Shown: piece by piece, positions 1 through 9,954 of the stretch | How the letters are laid out: every line of letters starts with the position of its first letter | How positions within the stretch are numbered: position 1 is the stretch's first letter | Assembly: GCF_015595035.1 (NCBI RefSeq) | Contig: NZ_JADNRN010000002.1 | Coordinates: forward strand, 262,647 to 326,646 | Direction: 5' to 3' | Source of the DNA: Glaciecola sp. MH2013 | Lineage (GTDB): Bacteria; Pseudomonadota; Gammaproteobacteria; Enterobacterales; Alteromonadaceae | DNA: 64,000 nt | Program-made: the position numbers and the translations under genes | Notes under the pieces: model-generated | Seen by the model: only the letters and a program-made list of their open reading frames with translations | What the model was told of the DNA's origin: nothing | The model's database searches: none

Positions 1-212
1 GCGCGCATTTCCATGCCGTTGTTTATCGTAACCGGGCGAATTGGTGCATGCGGGAATACAAATTTCACCCCTAAACTATCGTCTAGTTTAAGCTCTGGCG
101 CTATTGGTGCAAAGCCGTTGCCAGAATCACCAAGACCATGCAACCATATAATGGTGGCTTTGTGCTCTCCTTTGGCTTCAACGACAACACTATCAAGTAA
201 GGTATCGGTCAT
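1..212 (-). CDS. alpha/beta-hydrolase, phospholipase/carboxylesterase family (N-terminal part; gene runs off the window edge)
   Basis: Minus-strand ATG at 212-210, 3 nt past the cyaY stop. Translation MTDTLLDSVVVEAKGEHKATIIWLHGLGDSGNGF... carries the HGxGDSG-type carboxylesterase N-terminus. The overlapping plus-strand ORF 13..330 has no recognisable motif. Confidence 0.5.
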   Translation of the reverse strand, partial: MTDTLLDSVVVEAKGEHKATIIWLHGLGDSGNGFAPIAPELKLDDSLGVKFVFPHAPIRPVTINNGMEMR

Positions 213-215
213 GAC

Positions 216-539
216 TTATCCTTGTAAATTAAAAGTGAGCTCTTTTTCTGCTTGTTTGCTTACCGCAGCATCAAAGAAGCTAAAGAACTCGGCGCCGGTG
301 CGCTCATCGATCCATTTGCCTTCTTCATAGTTGAAGTGATGCCCGTTAAACTTAGTCGCAACCCATAACTGCTGTAACGGTGGCTGCTTATTTAATATGA
401 TTTTTGTTTGATTTGGCATCGTCATGGTTAAGATACCGCCAGCGCCTTCGTAATCAATGTCTACTTCACACTCATCTAAAGCTTCTTCTATTGCAATAAA
501 TAAGTCATCTATCATTTGGTGATAATCTGCATCTTTCAT
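216..539 (-). CDS. cyaY: iron-sulfur cluster assembly protein CyaY (frataxin homologue)
   Basis: 107 aa; MKDADYHQMIDDLFIAIEEALDE...WVATKFNGHHF matches the CyaY/frataxin family in length and acidic N-terminal helix. Confidence 0.85.
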   Translation of the reverse strand: MKDADYHQMIDDLFIAIEEALDECEVDIDYEGAGGILTMTMPNQTKIILNKQPPLQQLWVATKFNGHHFNYEEGKWIDERTGAEFFSFFDAAVSKQAEKELTFNLQG

Positions 540-652
540 AGTATGGTTTCCATTTAACGCACTTTATATGAGCTTATGTTAACATTGAGCTTTGCAACAA
601 GGCTAACAAAGTCTTGTGAGTATTTGAGATAAATTAAAAGAATAATGCCTTT

Positions 653-1351
653 ATGACATCCTTAACAAACACGCCTTCATCAAGCGTTCATGCAAATACA
701 ACTGCACAAGGCCAAAGCGCTTATGCACTGGGTAACCTGTTCATTGTTGCTGCCCCCTCTGGTGCGGGAAAATCAACGCTTATCAAGTCAATACTCGCCA
801 AATCAACGGCAGATCAACCCATGCAACTTTCCGTTTCGCATACCACACGTAAACCAAGGCCCGGCGAGGTTAATGGCGTGGATTATCATTTTGTCGATCA
901 TGCTCAATTTGAAAGCATGATCGCTGCCGATGCGTTTTATGAATATGCTGAAGTGTTCGGGAATTACTATGGTACCTCCAAAGAGGCCATTAGCGACAAG
1001 CTGGGTCAAGGGGTTGATATCTTTCTTGATATAGACTGGCAGGGTGCACGCCAAATTAAAAAGCAGAATGCCTCAGTTGTTGGCATATTCATTGTGCCGC
1101 CTTCAATTGAGTCACTTCGTGAGCGACTTACCGGTCGGGGTCAAGATTCTGAAGAAGTGATTGCCGGCAGAATGGCTGAAGCAAAATCAGAAATGTCGCA
1201 CTATGATGAGTTTGATTTTGTTGTCGTAAATGACGACCTAGAGAAAGCCAAAGATAACTTTGAATGTATAGTGAAAAGTTGTCGCAACCGCCTAGCGGTG
1301 CAAAAAATTCGACATAATGCACTTTTTGAGCAATTATTAAGCGAGAAGTAA
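653..1351 (+). CDS. gmk: guanylate kinase
   Basis: P-loop GAGKST and conserved Gmk core; sits immediately upstream of rpoZ-spoT. N-terminal roughly 25 aa may be a start-codon overcall. Confidence 0.9.
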   Translation: MTSLTNTPSSSVHANTTAQGQSAYALGNLFIVAAPSGAGKSTLIKSILAKSTADQPMQLSVSHTTRKPRPGEVNGVDYHFVDHAQFESMIAADAFYEYAEVFGNYYGTSKEAISDKLGQGVDIFLDIDWQGARQIKKQNASVVGIFIVPPSIESLRERLTGRGQDSEEVIAGRMAEAKSEMSHYDEFDFVVVNDDLEKAKDNFECIVKSCRNRLAVQKIRHNALFEQLLSEK

Positions 1352-1433
1352 GTGCTTTCACTATGCAATGAGCATAAATTGCAGTATACTTCGCGACCTT
1401 TTTGAAACCCATTAAGATTTTTCGGAGCAATAA

Positions 1434-1706
1434 ATGGCACGTGTAACAGTTGAAGACGCCGTAGACCAAATTGGCAACAGATTCGATTTAGTATTGGTTG
1501 CTGCGCGTCGCGCAAGACAAATTGCTACAGAAGGTAAAGACCCACTAGTAGAAATGGGTAACGATAAACCAACTGTTGTTGCACTTCGTGAAATTGAACA
1601 AGGCTTGGTCACTGCTGAAACAGTTGAGCAATCTGACCTTCACGATCAACGAGAGCAAGAAGCTGCCGAGTTCGCCTCTGTCGCTAGCATTCTTTCTGAA
1701 AGCTAA
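1434..1706 (+). CDS. rpoZ: DNA-directed RNA polymerase subunit omega
   Basis: 90 aa; [30 protein letters not shown] is the canonical RpoZ N-terminus. Confidence 0.95.
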   Translation: MARVTVEDAVDQIGNRFDLVLVAARRARQIATEGKDPLVEMGNDKPTVVALREIEQGLVTAETVEQSDLHDQREQEAAEFASVASILSES

Positions 1707-1768
1707 GATTGAAGCGCTAAATTGGTGGTTTATTAAGCCAGTTTACAGCTTAGAATAAATTAATATCA

Positions 1769-1797
1769 AAACGCCGATGTAAATCGGCGTTTTTGCG
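1769..1797 (+). terminator. rho-independent terminator/attenuator between rpoZ and spoT
   Basis: Hairpin ACGCCGAT-GTAA-ATCGGCGT followed by TTTTGCGTTT. Confidence 0.5.
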
Positions 1798-1864
1798 TTT
1801 GCAAAGCAAGAAAATAACCGTATTCTAGCACTATGATTACCAGTGACTACGACCTCAGATATCC

Positions 1865-3976
1865 GTGTATCTTTTTGAAGGCTTAAAAGCCAAAGTAAGT
1901 AAATACTTACCCGTTGAGCAAGTTGAGTATATTCAAGCTGCTTATGTACTTGCGCGCGACGCTCATGATGGGCAAACGCGAAGTAGTGGCGATCCTTACA
2001 TTACTCACCCAGTTGCTGTGGCGGGTATCTTGGCCGATATGCATCTTGATCACGAAACGCTAATGGCAGCGTTGCTTCACGACGTAATCGAAGATACACA
2101 TTATAGTAAAGATGATTTGAGTTTAGCCTTCGGCGAGACCGTGGCTGAACTTGTTGAAGGTGTCAGTAAGCTCGATAAGTTACAATTCAGCAGTAAGCAG
2201 GAAGCTCAGGCCGAAAACTTTCGTAAAATGCTGATGGCGATGGTGCAGGATATACGCGTAATACTTATCAAGCTGGCTGATCGCACGCACAACATGCGAA
2301 CATTGGGCTCTCTGCGCCCCGACAAACGCAGACGCATCGCCCTGGAAACTATCGAGATCTATTCTCCGATGGCTCACCGCTTGGGTATTCACGATATTAA
2401 AAATGAGCTAGAAGATTTAGGCTTCCAAGCGATGTACCCTATGCGGCACAGAGCCCTTCGTTCTGCAGTGAATCAGGCACGCGGCAATCGAAAGAAAATT
2501 ATCGAAAAAACACAAAGTGAGTTAGAGCAACGTCTCAAGTCTTATAACATTGACGCTAAAGTTATTGGGCGCGAAAAGCATCTTTACTCAATTTATCGCA
2601 AGATGAAGAACAAAGAACTGTCGTTTACTGAAGTCATGGATATATACGGTTTTCGAATTATCGTAGATTCAGTTGATAATTGTTATCGCGTATTGGGGGC
2701 GATGCACGGCCTTTATAAGCCCATCGAAAATCGCTTCAAAGATTACATTGCTATTCCTCGTACGAATGGTTACCAATCCTTGCATACCTCGCTGAAAGGG
2801 CTGCATGGTATTCCGGTTGAAGTGCAAATACGTACCGAAGAAATGGACCACATGGCCGACAAAGGTGTCGCGGCACATTGGCTATACAAAGAGACAAATG
2901 ATAAAGGAACCACTGCTCAATTGCGCGCAAACCAGTGGATGCAATCATTGGTTGAACTTCAGCAACGTTCTAGTACATCGGTTGAATTTATTGAAAGCGT
3001 TAAGTCAGATTTATTCCCGGAAGAAATTTACGTATTCACACCAAAGGGCACTATTGTTGAGCTGCCGATGGGGTCAACAGCCGTCGATTTTGCTTATGCT
3101 GTGCATTCTGATGTGGGCAATACCTGTGTAGGAGCACGAGTAGAGCGTCGTAATTATTCTTTAAGTAGACCCCTCGAGAATGGTCAAAGCGTCGAGATTA
3201 TTACTTCCCCTCGTGCTAAACCGAATGCTAATTGGCTTAACTTTGTAGTGAGTGCTCGGGCACGTTCGAATATACGCCACTTTCTTAAGCAACAGCAGTC
3301 TGAAGATGCCATTAACATGGGTAATCGTCTTTTGCGCCACGCTCTTGGTACGACTAAGTTAGATGAAATAGAACAAGAAGAAATCGACAGAGTCGTAAAA
3401 GAAACAAAGCATGAAAGCTTCGACGACTTGTTAGCGAACATTGGTATGGGTAATGAATTAAGTGCTATTGTTGCACGTCGGCTTGTAGGCGAAAATGCCG
3501 AAATCACGCAGAAAAAGGCCAACGTTGCTATTCGTGGCACTGAAGGTTTATTAGTGCATTTCTCACGCTGTTGTCACCCAATTCCAGACGATGAAGTTGT
3601 TGCGATTTTGTCGCCAGGACGCGGTATCGTAATCCACCAAACAGGCTGCAACAACATACGCAAACTCAGCAAAGAAGAACCACAACGTGTATTACCGATG
3701 GAATGGGATGAAGATCCTCAAGGTGATTTTAAAGCCGCACTACGTTTAGAGTTGTTTAATCATCAAGGCACTTTGGCCGCGTTAACAAGTACCATTGCCG
3801 GCAGTGAGTCCAGTATAGTGAATTTGCAAACTGAAGAGCGTGAAAACAACATTTATGTGATAGACATCGAGCTTACCACTAAAAACCGTATCCATTTAGC
3901 GAAGGTAATGCGAAAAATTAGAGCGATGCCCGAGTTACAGCGAGTGTCTCGCCACAGTCAATATAAACCACAATAA
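1865..3976 (+). CDS. spoT: bifunctional (p)ppGpp synthetase/hydrolase SpoT
   Basis: 703 aa; MYLFEGL...YITHPVAVAGILADMHLDHETLMAALLHDVIEDT (HD domain). Colinear in order and motif with enterobacterial SpoT as recalled, including the TGS and ACT regions. Confidence 0.95.
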   Translation: MYLFEGLKAKVSKYLPVEQVEYIQAAYVLARDAHDGQTRSSGDPYITHPVAVAGILADMHLDHETLMAALLHDVIEDTHYSKDDLSLAFGETVAELVEGVSKLDKLQFSSKQEAQAENFRKMLMAMVQDIRVILIKLADRTHNMRTLGSLRPDKRRRIALETIEIYSPMAHRLGIHDIKNELEDLGFQAMYPMRHRALRSAVNQARGNRKKIIEKTQSELEQRLKSYNIDAKVIGREKHLYSIYRKMKNKELSFTEVMDIYGFRIIVDSVDNCYRVLGAMHGLYKPIENRFKDYIAIPRTNGYQSLHTSLKGLHGIPVEVQIRTEEMDHMADKGVAAHWLYKETNDKGTTAQLRANQWMQSLVELQQRSSTSVEFIESVKSDLFPEEIYVFTPKGTIVELPMGSTAVDFAYAVHSDVGNTCVGARVERRNYSLSRPLENGQSVEIITSPRAKPNANWLNFVVSARARSNIRHFLKQQQSEDAINMGNRLLRHALGTTKLDEIEQEEIDRVVKETKHESFDDLLANIGMGNELSAIVARRLVGENAEITQKKANVAIRGTEGLLVHFSRCCHPIPDDEVVAILSPGRGIVIHQTGCNNIRKLSKEEPQRVLPMEWDEDPQGDFKAALRLELFNHQGTLAALTSTIAGSESSIVNLQTEERENNIYVIDIELTTKNRIHLAKVMRKIRAMPELQRVSRHSQYKPQ

Positions 3977-4006
3977 AGCGCTTCAGTGCTTGAAAAAGGA
4001 AAATAA

Positions 4007-4393
4007 ATGTCAAAATCAATCATTCAAACTGATAATGCGCCGGCGGCGATTGGTACTTATAGCCAAGCTGTGAAAGCAGGCTCTACGGTGTATTTGTCGG
4101 GCCAAATTCCCTTGGTGCCAAGTACGATGCAAATGGTATCGGACGATTTTTCTGAGCAAGCTGTTCAAGTTTTTGAAAACCTTAAATCGGTTTGTGAAGC
4201 GGCTGGTGGCGATACCTCAAACTTGGTGAAAGTAAATATCTTTCTAACCGACCTCGGGCATTTCGCTAAAGTGAACGAGATCATGGCACAATATTTTAGC
4301 GAGCCTTATCCTGCTCGTGCAGCCATTGGTGTATCACAACTACCAAAAGACGCACAAATTGAAATTGATGGCGTGATGGTATTGCCTGAATAA
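4007..4393 (+). CDS. ridA: RidA/YjgF-family reactive-intermediate deaminase
   Basis: 128 aa; N-terminus [25 protein letters not shown] is typical of RidA; conserved position after spoT. Confidence 0.85.
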   Translation: MSKSIIQTDNAPAAIGTYSQAVKAGSTVYLSGQIPLVPSTMQMVSDDFSEQAVQVFENLKSVCEAAGGDTSNLVKVNIFLTDLGHFAKVNEIMAQYFSEPYPARAAIGVSQLPKDAQIEIDGVMVLPE

Positions 4394-4477
4394 GCCTGCT
4401 TTGCTATTTGGAAGCACAAAGCTTACTTACTCGTTGTAGCTTCAGACATTAGATATCTACTTGCAAGAGAACAATCC

Positions 4478-5170
4478 ATGAATCAAAGCATGTCACCGGA
4501 GCGCTACAAGCGCATTCGTCAAATGCTAAAAACTCGCCAGCCAGACTTAAGCGTTTGTTTGGAAGAGGTAACCAAGCCACATAATGTATCTGCTGTTATT
4601 CGCACTTGTGACGCTGTAGGCGTACATAAAATTCACGCCGTGTGGGATGAATCTGAAAACTTACGCAAAGGCACCGCGATGGGTAGTCAAATTTGGGTAA
4701 AGACACAGCCGCACAATACTATTCAATCGGCGGTTGCTGAATTGAAAAAACAAAACATGCAAGTACTGGTAACTCATCTTGATGACACCGCTTGTGACTT
4801 TCGCGATATAGACTATACCAAACCAACGGCTGTCCTTTTGGGGCAAGAGAAAACAGGGGCTACCGACGAAGCGATTGCGCTTGCTGATCAATCGATCATA
4901 GTGCCGATGGTGGGTATGGTGCAATCGCTGAACGTCAGCGTCGCGGCGGCTGTAGTAATGTATGAAGCGCAGCGCCAGCGTGAGTTAGCTAGCATGTATG
5001 ACAAAAGTAGCTTATCAGAACAAGAGTGCCAAGATATATTATTCGAAGGCGGTTTTCCGATATTGTTTCAGCAGTGCAAGCGCCGAGGATTAGCTTTCCC
5101 GCACATCAATGGCAACGGCGAAATTGAGGCCGATGATGCATGGTGGAAAGCGTTGCAATATTCAAGTTAA
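4478..5170 (+). CDS. trmH: tRNA (guanosine18-2'-O)-methyltransferase, SpoU/TrmH family
   Basis: 230 aa SpoU-type methyltransferase in the conserved spoT-trmH-recG arrangement. Confidence 0.85.
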   Translation: MNQSMSPERYKRIRQMLKTRQPDLSVCLEEVTKPHNVSAVIRTCDAVGVHKIHAVWDESENLRKGTAMGSQIWVKTQPHNTIQSAVAELKKQNMQVLVTHLDDTACDFRDIDYTKPTAVLLGQEKTGATDEAIALADQSIIVPMVGMVQSLNVSVAAAVVMYEAQRQRELASMYDKSSLSEQECQDILFEGGFPILFQQCKRRGLAFPHINGNGEIEADDAWWKALQYSS

Positions 5171-5299
5171 GTTTCCCTAGGCTGAAATTTATTTCCCAAA
5201 GTAATGGTCTAGTGCTGTGAATGAATTCACTTCACTAGTTTTTCGGTCTTGCTTACAGAAAGTGGCAAGCGAAAAGTTAAACACACTTAAGGAACAAAC

Positions 5300-5941
5300 A
5301 TGAAAAAATGGTTATTAATCGCGGCGCTGGCTATTAGCACATCGATGGTGAGCACGGCATTTGCACTAGACCGTACTGTTATCGCAGACAAAGCAGAAGA
5401 TGTTACACCGATCCTCATTGGTAGTTCAGCGCCAAATGTAACGGTTAAAACAAGCGATGGCTCACCTGTAAGCCTAAAAGCCTTGTACATGCAGAAGCCG
5501 ACCGTCGTTATTTTCTATCGAGGTGGTTGGTGCCCCTATTGTAGCCGTCAACTTGCTGAATTAAAGTCGATTGAACAAAATCTAGTTGATGAAGGTTACC
5601 AAGTGCTAGCGATTTCACCTGAGTCTCCGTCGCGCTTGCAAGAGCAAAAGTTAGAAACCGAATTCGCAGTGACCTTAATTTCTGATGATTCACTTGCAGC
5701 GATCCGCGGTTTTGGCGTTGGTTTCTACGTGCCTAATGACACGCGCAAGCTTTACAAAGATCGCATGAATGTAGAGCTAACCGCCGACACAAGTGAAAGA
5801 GCGGTTCTGCCTGCACCAGCCATCTTTATCTTAGACCAGCAAGGCAAAGTGCAGTTTAGCTATGTTAACCCTGATTATAGCGTTCGCCCATCTGCCGATT
5901 TGGTATTAAGCGCTGCAAAATTAGTTAAAAAAGAATCGTAA
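5300..5941 (+). CDS. periplasmic peroxiredoxin-like (AhpC/TSA-redoxin fold) protein
   Basis: Signal peptide MKKWLLIAALAISTSMVSTAFA; thioredoxin-fold motif FYRGGWCPYCSRQLAEL. Confidence 0.7.
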   Translation: MKKWLLIAALAISTSMVSTAFALDRTVIADKAEDVTPILIGSSAPNVTVKTSDGSPVSLKALYMQKPTVVIFYRGGWCPYCSRQLAELKSIEQNLVDEGYQVLAISPESPSRLQEQKLETEFAVTLISDDSLAAIRGFGVGFYVPNDTRKLYKDRMNVELTADTSERAVLPAPAIFILDQQGKVQFSYVNPDYSVRPSADLVLSAAKLVKKES

Positions 5942-6412
5942 AATGAGTTGTTAGGCTCTTTTAATAAATTGGCATTGTCATCATGATTGGTGGCATTGTC
6001 TATTTATTGCTCAGTAGGGGCTGTAGCGCTAGATAGCTTGATTTTTTAATCATCGCTTTTTATATGCCTGTCTTTAAGATTTTACCTTCTAATTTTATTT
6101 TTGCTCTTTTGTGAAGGATAAAAAATCAATTAAAATCAATGCTATATGTGTTTTTTGTTCACTGCCAATCTCCTGCTAATTATATGGTTTTTTAGTTTTA
6201 ACTGATCATTTGTGTCAATGCACAAATTATTTCGATCGATCTAAAAAGCATCTACGTAAAACTCTACTAATATTAGACGGCGACTTGCTCGTTTCGGGAA
6301 AACTAGCATCCGTAGTCGTAGCGTAATTCAGCGGTCAGCGCTTGAGTTAGTCATTAGCGCTGTCGCAAAGCAGTTAACACACGATTTTAGTATCTATAAA
6401 GAGGAAAACTTA

Positions 6413-7270
6413 ATGAAAAAGATTGGCTTGGCTCGAAAGAGTCTTATTGCGGTAACCTTAGCTGGTGTTTTTGCTTTTGGCGCAGCAGCAAAAGATGTTG
6501 CTAACAGCGTTGTTGATGCTCAAAGAGCCGCGCTCGAGAAGAACACTGACGGCAAAGGCTTTGGCCCTCAATCTCCGCGCGACATCGATCAAAAATACGG
6601 TACTAATCTTCGTAAGTTTGGCTTTGCTCCAAATCGCAGCGAGATGAACCTTTGTAACATTCACTTCCATAAAAACGCTGAACATAAAGGCGGAAATTTC
6701 ACGACTTACGCTGGAAATGGTGATGGTAAAGGTAAAAACACGGGTTTTGTATATGACGGCAAACTCAGTTCAGCGCAAATGAAAAAAGTGGGTAATAATG
6801 TATGTGCCGCAAAGGGCGATCCACTTCAGTCTGGCGATACTATTGAAGTTCACTGGGTATTCTCAGCAGCTCAAGTAAGCCCCGGCCCTACACTTGGCGC
6901 ATGTTTAGCCGATAGCACAATGAACCCAGGTTTACGTGTAGAAGGTCAGGTATTTGTTTTGGCAAATGATAAAAACGCGCTTAATTTTGGCGAGTTGGCT
7001 GAGCTAGAGCGAGTGAACGGTTATCATCAGGCGCCAAATATCCCAAGTAACACAGGTGTGCCGGTTGAGTACTTAGGCTCTACCACTGGCCCTTCGTTCA
7101 ACGAAGCAGGTTCGCCACTACAAGTTAGCTGGAGCATGCGCCCTGAAGTAGCAGTACTGGATATCAATTCTGTTGCCACATGGTGTGAAGACAATGTATT
7201 CAACGAAGATCATGCACATGGCGTTCGTAACTTAGTAACAAACCCTAAGTTGTTATCACCAATCAACTAA
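6413..7270 (+). CDS. secreted hypothetical protein with His-rich putative metal site
   Basis: Signal peptide MKKIGLARKSLIAVTLAGVFAFGAAA; motifs QSPRDID, NIHFHKNAEH and EVHWVF. RBS AAGAGGAAAACTTAATG; 460-nt AT-rich upstream region. Confidence 0.6.
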   Translation: MKKIGLARKSLIAVTLAGVFAFGAAAKDVANSVVDAQRAALEKNTDGKGFGPQSPRDIDQKYGTNLRKFGFAPNRSEMNLCNIHFHKNAEHKGGNFTTYAGNGDGKGKNTGFVYDGKLSSAQMKKVGNNVCAAKGDPLQSGDTIEVHWVFSAAQVSPGPTLGACLADSTMNPGLRVEGQVFVLANDKNALNFGELAELERVNGYHQAPNIPSNTGVPVEYLGSTTGPSFNEAGSPLQVSWSMRPEVAVLDINSVATWCEDNVFNEDHAHGVRNLVTNPKLLSPIN

Positions 7271-7326
7271 GTTAGCATTTAAACACATTGATGAGTCTAT
7301 AACGAAGCTCGTTAAGACCGTAATAA

Positions 7327-7353
7327 GGCGATGATTATTCATCGCCTTTTTTT
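7327..7353 (+). terminator. rho-independent terminator
   Basis: GGCGATGA-TTAT-TCATCGCC followed by TTTTTTT. Confidence 0.55.
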
Positions 7354-7462
7354 GTGTTTGCGGTATAAGCCCTATCTTCAATAGTGTGGTGATTTTCAAG
7401 AGGGTGAATATAAGAGAACTAGTATTAGTAAAACAAACCATGTAGTCTTTTCTCACAGTTTA

Positions 7463-8524
7463 GTGTTATCACTATTTATTAAAAGGATTTTAATCTGCTA
7501 TGCAAAAGCCCATCATTTTTCTCATCGCCTTCGTTTCTTTTTTACACATGCTAACAACCAGCAAAGTGATTTCTTTCAAGCGGAAGCGGAAATCGAAAAT
7601 CAATATACTTGTTTTAGCCGGCCTTTTGATAACTACGACTCATGGTTAGCAATGATGGAAAGCAAGATGAAAAAGCGAGCGAAAGACGAGAAGGAATTTA
7701 AACGTCGTTCATTCAACTTCAAACAGATGTTTCCTCGCGCGAAGTACGAGGATTACAAAGAACGTATCGACTGCATCATTTTTACCTATAAGGTGAATGG
7801 TGAGGAAGTGAAAGGCTATGCATTGCGTCCGAAAGGAAGCGCCAAACTGCCGATCATTTTCTACAATCGCGGCGGAAATGGAAATTTTGGTGCGGTTGTA
7901 TTCGGTGCGAAAATGGCGCGCCTGATGCCATTAGCTGAGCAAGGATTCATTGTTGTAGGTAGTCAATATAGGGGCACAATGCAACAAGGTGGTTTATTTA
8001 AAGATGAGTTCGGCGGCGCGGATGTGGATGATGTGGTGTCGCTAGTACATAAATTAAAGTATTTAAAGAACGCTAATAATGATGCTATCGGTATGTATGG
8101 TTCTAGCCGGGGTGGTATGCAGACAATGTTGGCCTTGAAAGAGCTGCAATCTACGGTAAAAACTGCGGTACTTAGCGCGGGTAACTATGATTTACTTAAT
8201 CAAATCAAGTTTCGTCCTGAAATGGAAATGGTCTATGAAAAGCGTATTCCAAACTACGCTACGCAAAAAGAAGCACAATTGAAAGCCCGCTCGGCGCTGT
8301 GTTGGTCTGAAGAAATCGACAGAACAATTCCTATTTTACTGCAGCATGGCACCTTGGATAAAAGAGTTAACGTACAAAATTCTATTGCCTTAGCAAAGAA
8401 GTTTGAGGAAACCCAAAGGCCACATCAGTTAAGCCTTTATGAAAATGATGACCACGGCCTTAGAAAGAATAAAGAAGCTGCAGATAAAGAGGTGATTGAG
8501 TGGTTCAAAGAGCGATTACGATAA
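7463..8524 (+). CDS. alpha/beta-hydrolase, S9 (prolyl oligopeptidase/dienelactone hydrolase-like) family
   Basis: Nucleophile elbow GSSRGG (GxSxG); C-terminal acid/His region. True start is probably downstream (MMESKMKK...) of the listed ORF start. Confidence 0.6.
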   Translation: MLSLFIKRILICYAKAHHFSHRLRFFFTHANNQQSDFFQAEAEIENQYTCFSRPFDNYDSWLAMMESKMKKRAKDEKEFKRRSFNFKQMFPRAKYEDYKERIDCIIFTYKVNGEEVKGYALRPKGSAKLPIIFYNRGGNGNFGAVVFGAKMARLMPLAEQGFIVVGSQYRGTMQQGGLFKDEFGGADVDDVVSLVHKLKYLKNANNDAIGMYGSSRGGMQTMLALKELQSTVKTAVLSAGNYDLLNQIKFRPEMEMVYEKRIPNYATQKEAQLKARSALCWSEEIDRTIPILLQHGTLDKRVNVQNSIALAKKFEETQRPHQLSLYENDDHGLRKNKEAADKEVIEWFKERLR

Positions 8525-8583
8525 TGGCTTCAGTTGAACCAGCCCAGTCTTTTGAAGCAGTAACTTTTAGTGCATATTAGCGT

Positions 8584-9810
8584 CTAAAATTCACCAGCAG
8601 CAAGCACCTTCTTAAATTCGTCCGACGCCAAATAACTTTCGGCTGTGCCTGCATCTAACACATCTTGTGGCGTTAAGTTCTGATTGAAGCGAGTTTTTAC
8701 TTCGCGAAATGACGTTGTCAGATTTTCAAAATCACCCTCTAAATCTTGAAGTGCAATCAGTGTCCAGTAGAGGTCTTCGAAGTTAGGCTCTTTAGCAATG
8801 CCTAATTTTGCTTGCTCGATTGCGGCCTTATTGTCGCCTAACAAATATAGCATGTTAGCTTTAAGGTTAATAAGTGCCGCGTCTTCCCCCCAAAATTCAA
8901 TTGCTTTATCGACAGATTTTGCAGCACTTTCATTGTCTCCAACAGTTACGTGGTAATCAATAAGCATGAACGATGTTGACGGGTCGTCGCCGAAATAAGT
9001 ATTCAGTTTACCCAAGGCATTCATATATGACTCGTCACTTACGTTTTGACCTATTAATACTTCCAATTCAACAATCGCTCTATGTGACTGAATACTTTCA
9101 GGAAGCGTCTGAATTAATTCCAGTACTTCTGGGAACTTCCCTTGGTTTCGCAGTGTAAGCATTTTTACAAACTTTGCGGTAGTTTCTTTGCTGTTCTCTT
9201 CTTTCCCAAGCAGGCGAGCAATAAAACGATTTTGCGTGGGTAGTAAGAGTTGGGTTGTACCCGCCACTGAATCCGACACAATGCCGCCTTTAGATGCGTA
9301 AAACAAATCAATAATTTTATTGGCATCGTTAAAAAAAAGAAGCATAAATTCATGGCCACCATCACTATGATCAAGCCTCACCATGGGGCGGTTACCGAAG
9401 AGTTCCGTTTTTACAGGGCCTCTGTATTTGAAAGTAGCCGATGCTTGCTGCGGTAAAATAAATGATGACTGTATAAAAGTGCGCGCAAATTCGGTCGTTC
9501 GATATTGCTGAGCCAATGCACGCTTAATGTTTGCTTCAGTGTCTATTTTCGATATTACTAATCCACCAAAATCAATTAAATCAAAGAAATTAGCAATATC
9601 ATCAACATTTTGCTTGTTCAGAGCTTCCACGAAGGCAATGGCAGTTTTAGCTTGTTCTTCTGTCACTTCTGCACTTTTAAGACTCGCCTTTGCATCATCA
9701 GCTAAGCTTTTGAAGCTCAATAGACTGAGCGCTAACACTAGCATCGTGAACAGGCTCGTTACTGACAATTTATATGAGATTTTGGCGCGATTTTCGCAAT
9801 TTACAAACAT
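8584..9810 (-). CDS. secreted TPR-like repeat protein (hypothetical)
   Basis: Probable start MFVNCENRAKISYKLSVTSLFTMLVLALSLLSF (signal-like); helical repeat-rich body. The longer ORF to 9942 is likely an overcall. Confidence 0.5.
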   Translation of the reverse strand: MFVNCENRAKISYKLSVTSLFTMLVLALSLLSFKSLADDAKASLKSAEVTEEQAKTAIAFVEALNKQNVDDIANFFDLIDFGGLVISKIDTEANIKRALAQQYRTTEFARTFIQSSFILPQQASATFKYRGPVKTELFGNRPMVRLDHSDGGHEFMLLFFNDANKIIDLFYASKGGIVSDSVAGTTQLLLPTQNRFIARLLGKEENSKETTAKFVKMLTLRNQGKFPEVLELIQTLPESIQSHRAIVELEVLIGQNVSDESYMNALGKLNTYFGDDPSTSFMLIDYHVTVGDNESAAKSVDKAIEFWGEDAALINLKANMLYLLGDNKAAIEQAKLGIAKEPNFEDLYWTLIALQDLEGDFENLTTSFREVKTRFNQNLTPQDVLDAGTAESYLASDEFKKVLAAGEF

Positions 9811-9954
9811 TCTTAACACTCGATAGTTAGGTTTCCTGAACGAATAGTACGTTTTGAGGAATATTTTCACAACCTGTATCCCTGAACGGCTAGCTAAAAA
9901 TGTGATGTCTGGTAAAGTTCGTAGTATCAATAAAAAGAACAAGAATGAGATTGT

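Noticed and set aside
13-330. 105-aa plus-strand ORF overlapping the cyaY region
   Set aside because: It lies antisense across cyaY and the minus-strand esterase start and has no motif or RBS. The minus-strand reading frames have clear family signatures.
6413-7270. Calling the secreted His-rich protein an alpha-carbonic anhydrase
   Set aside because: The motif order matches but the inter-motif spacing does not (about 29 and 63 residues versus about 64 and 25 in alpha-CAs). It is kept only as a low-interest observation.
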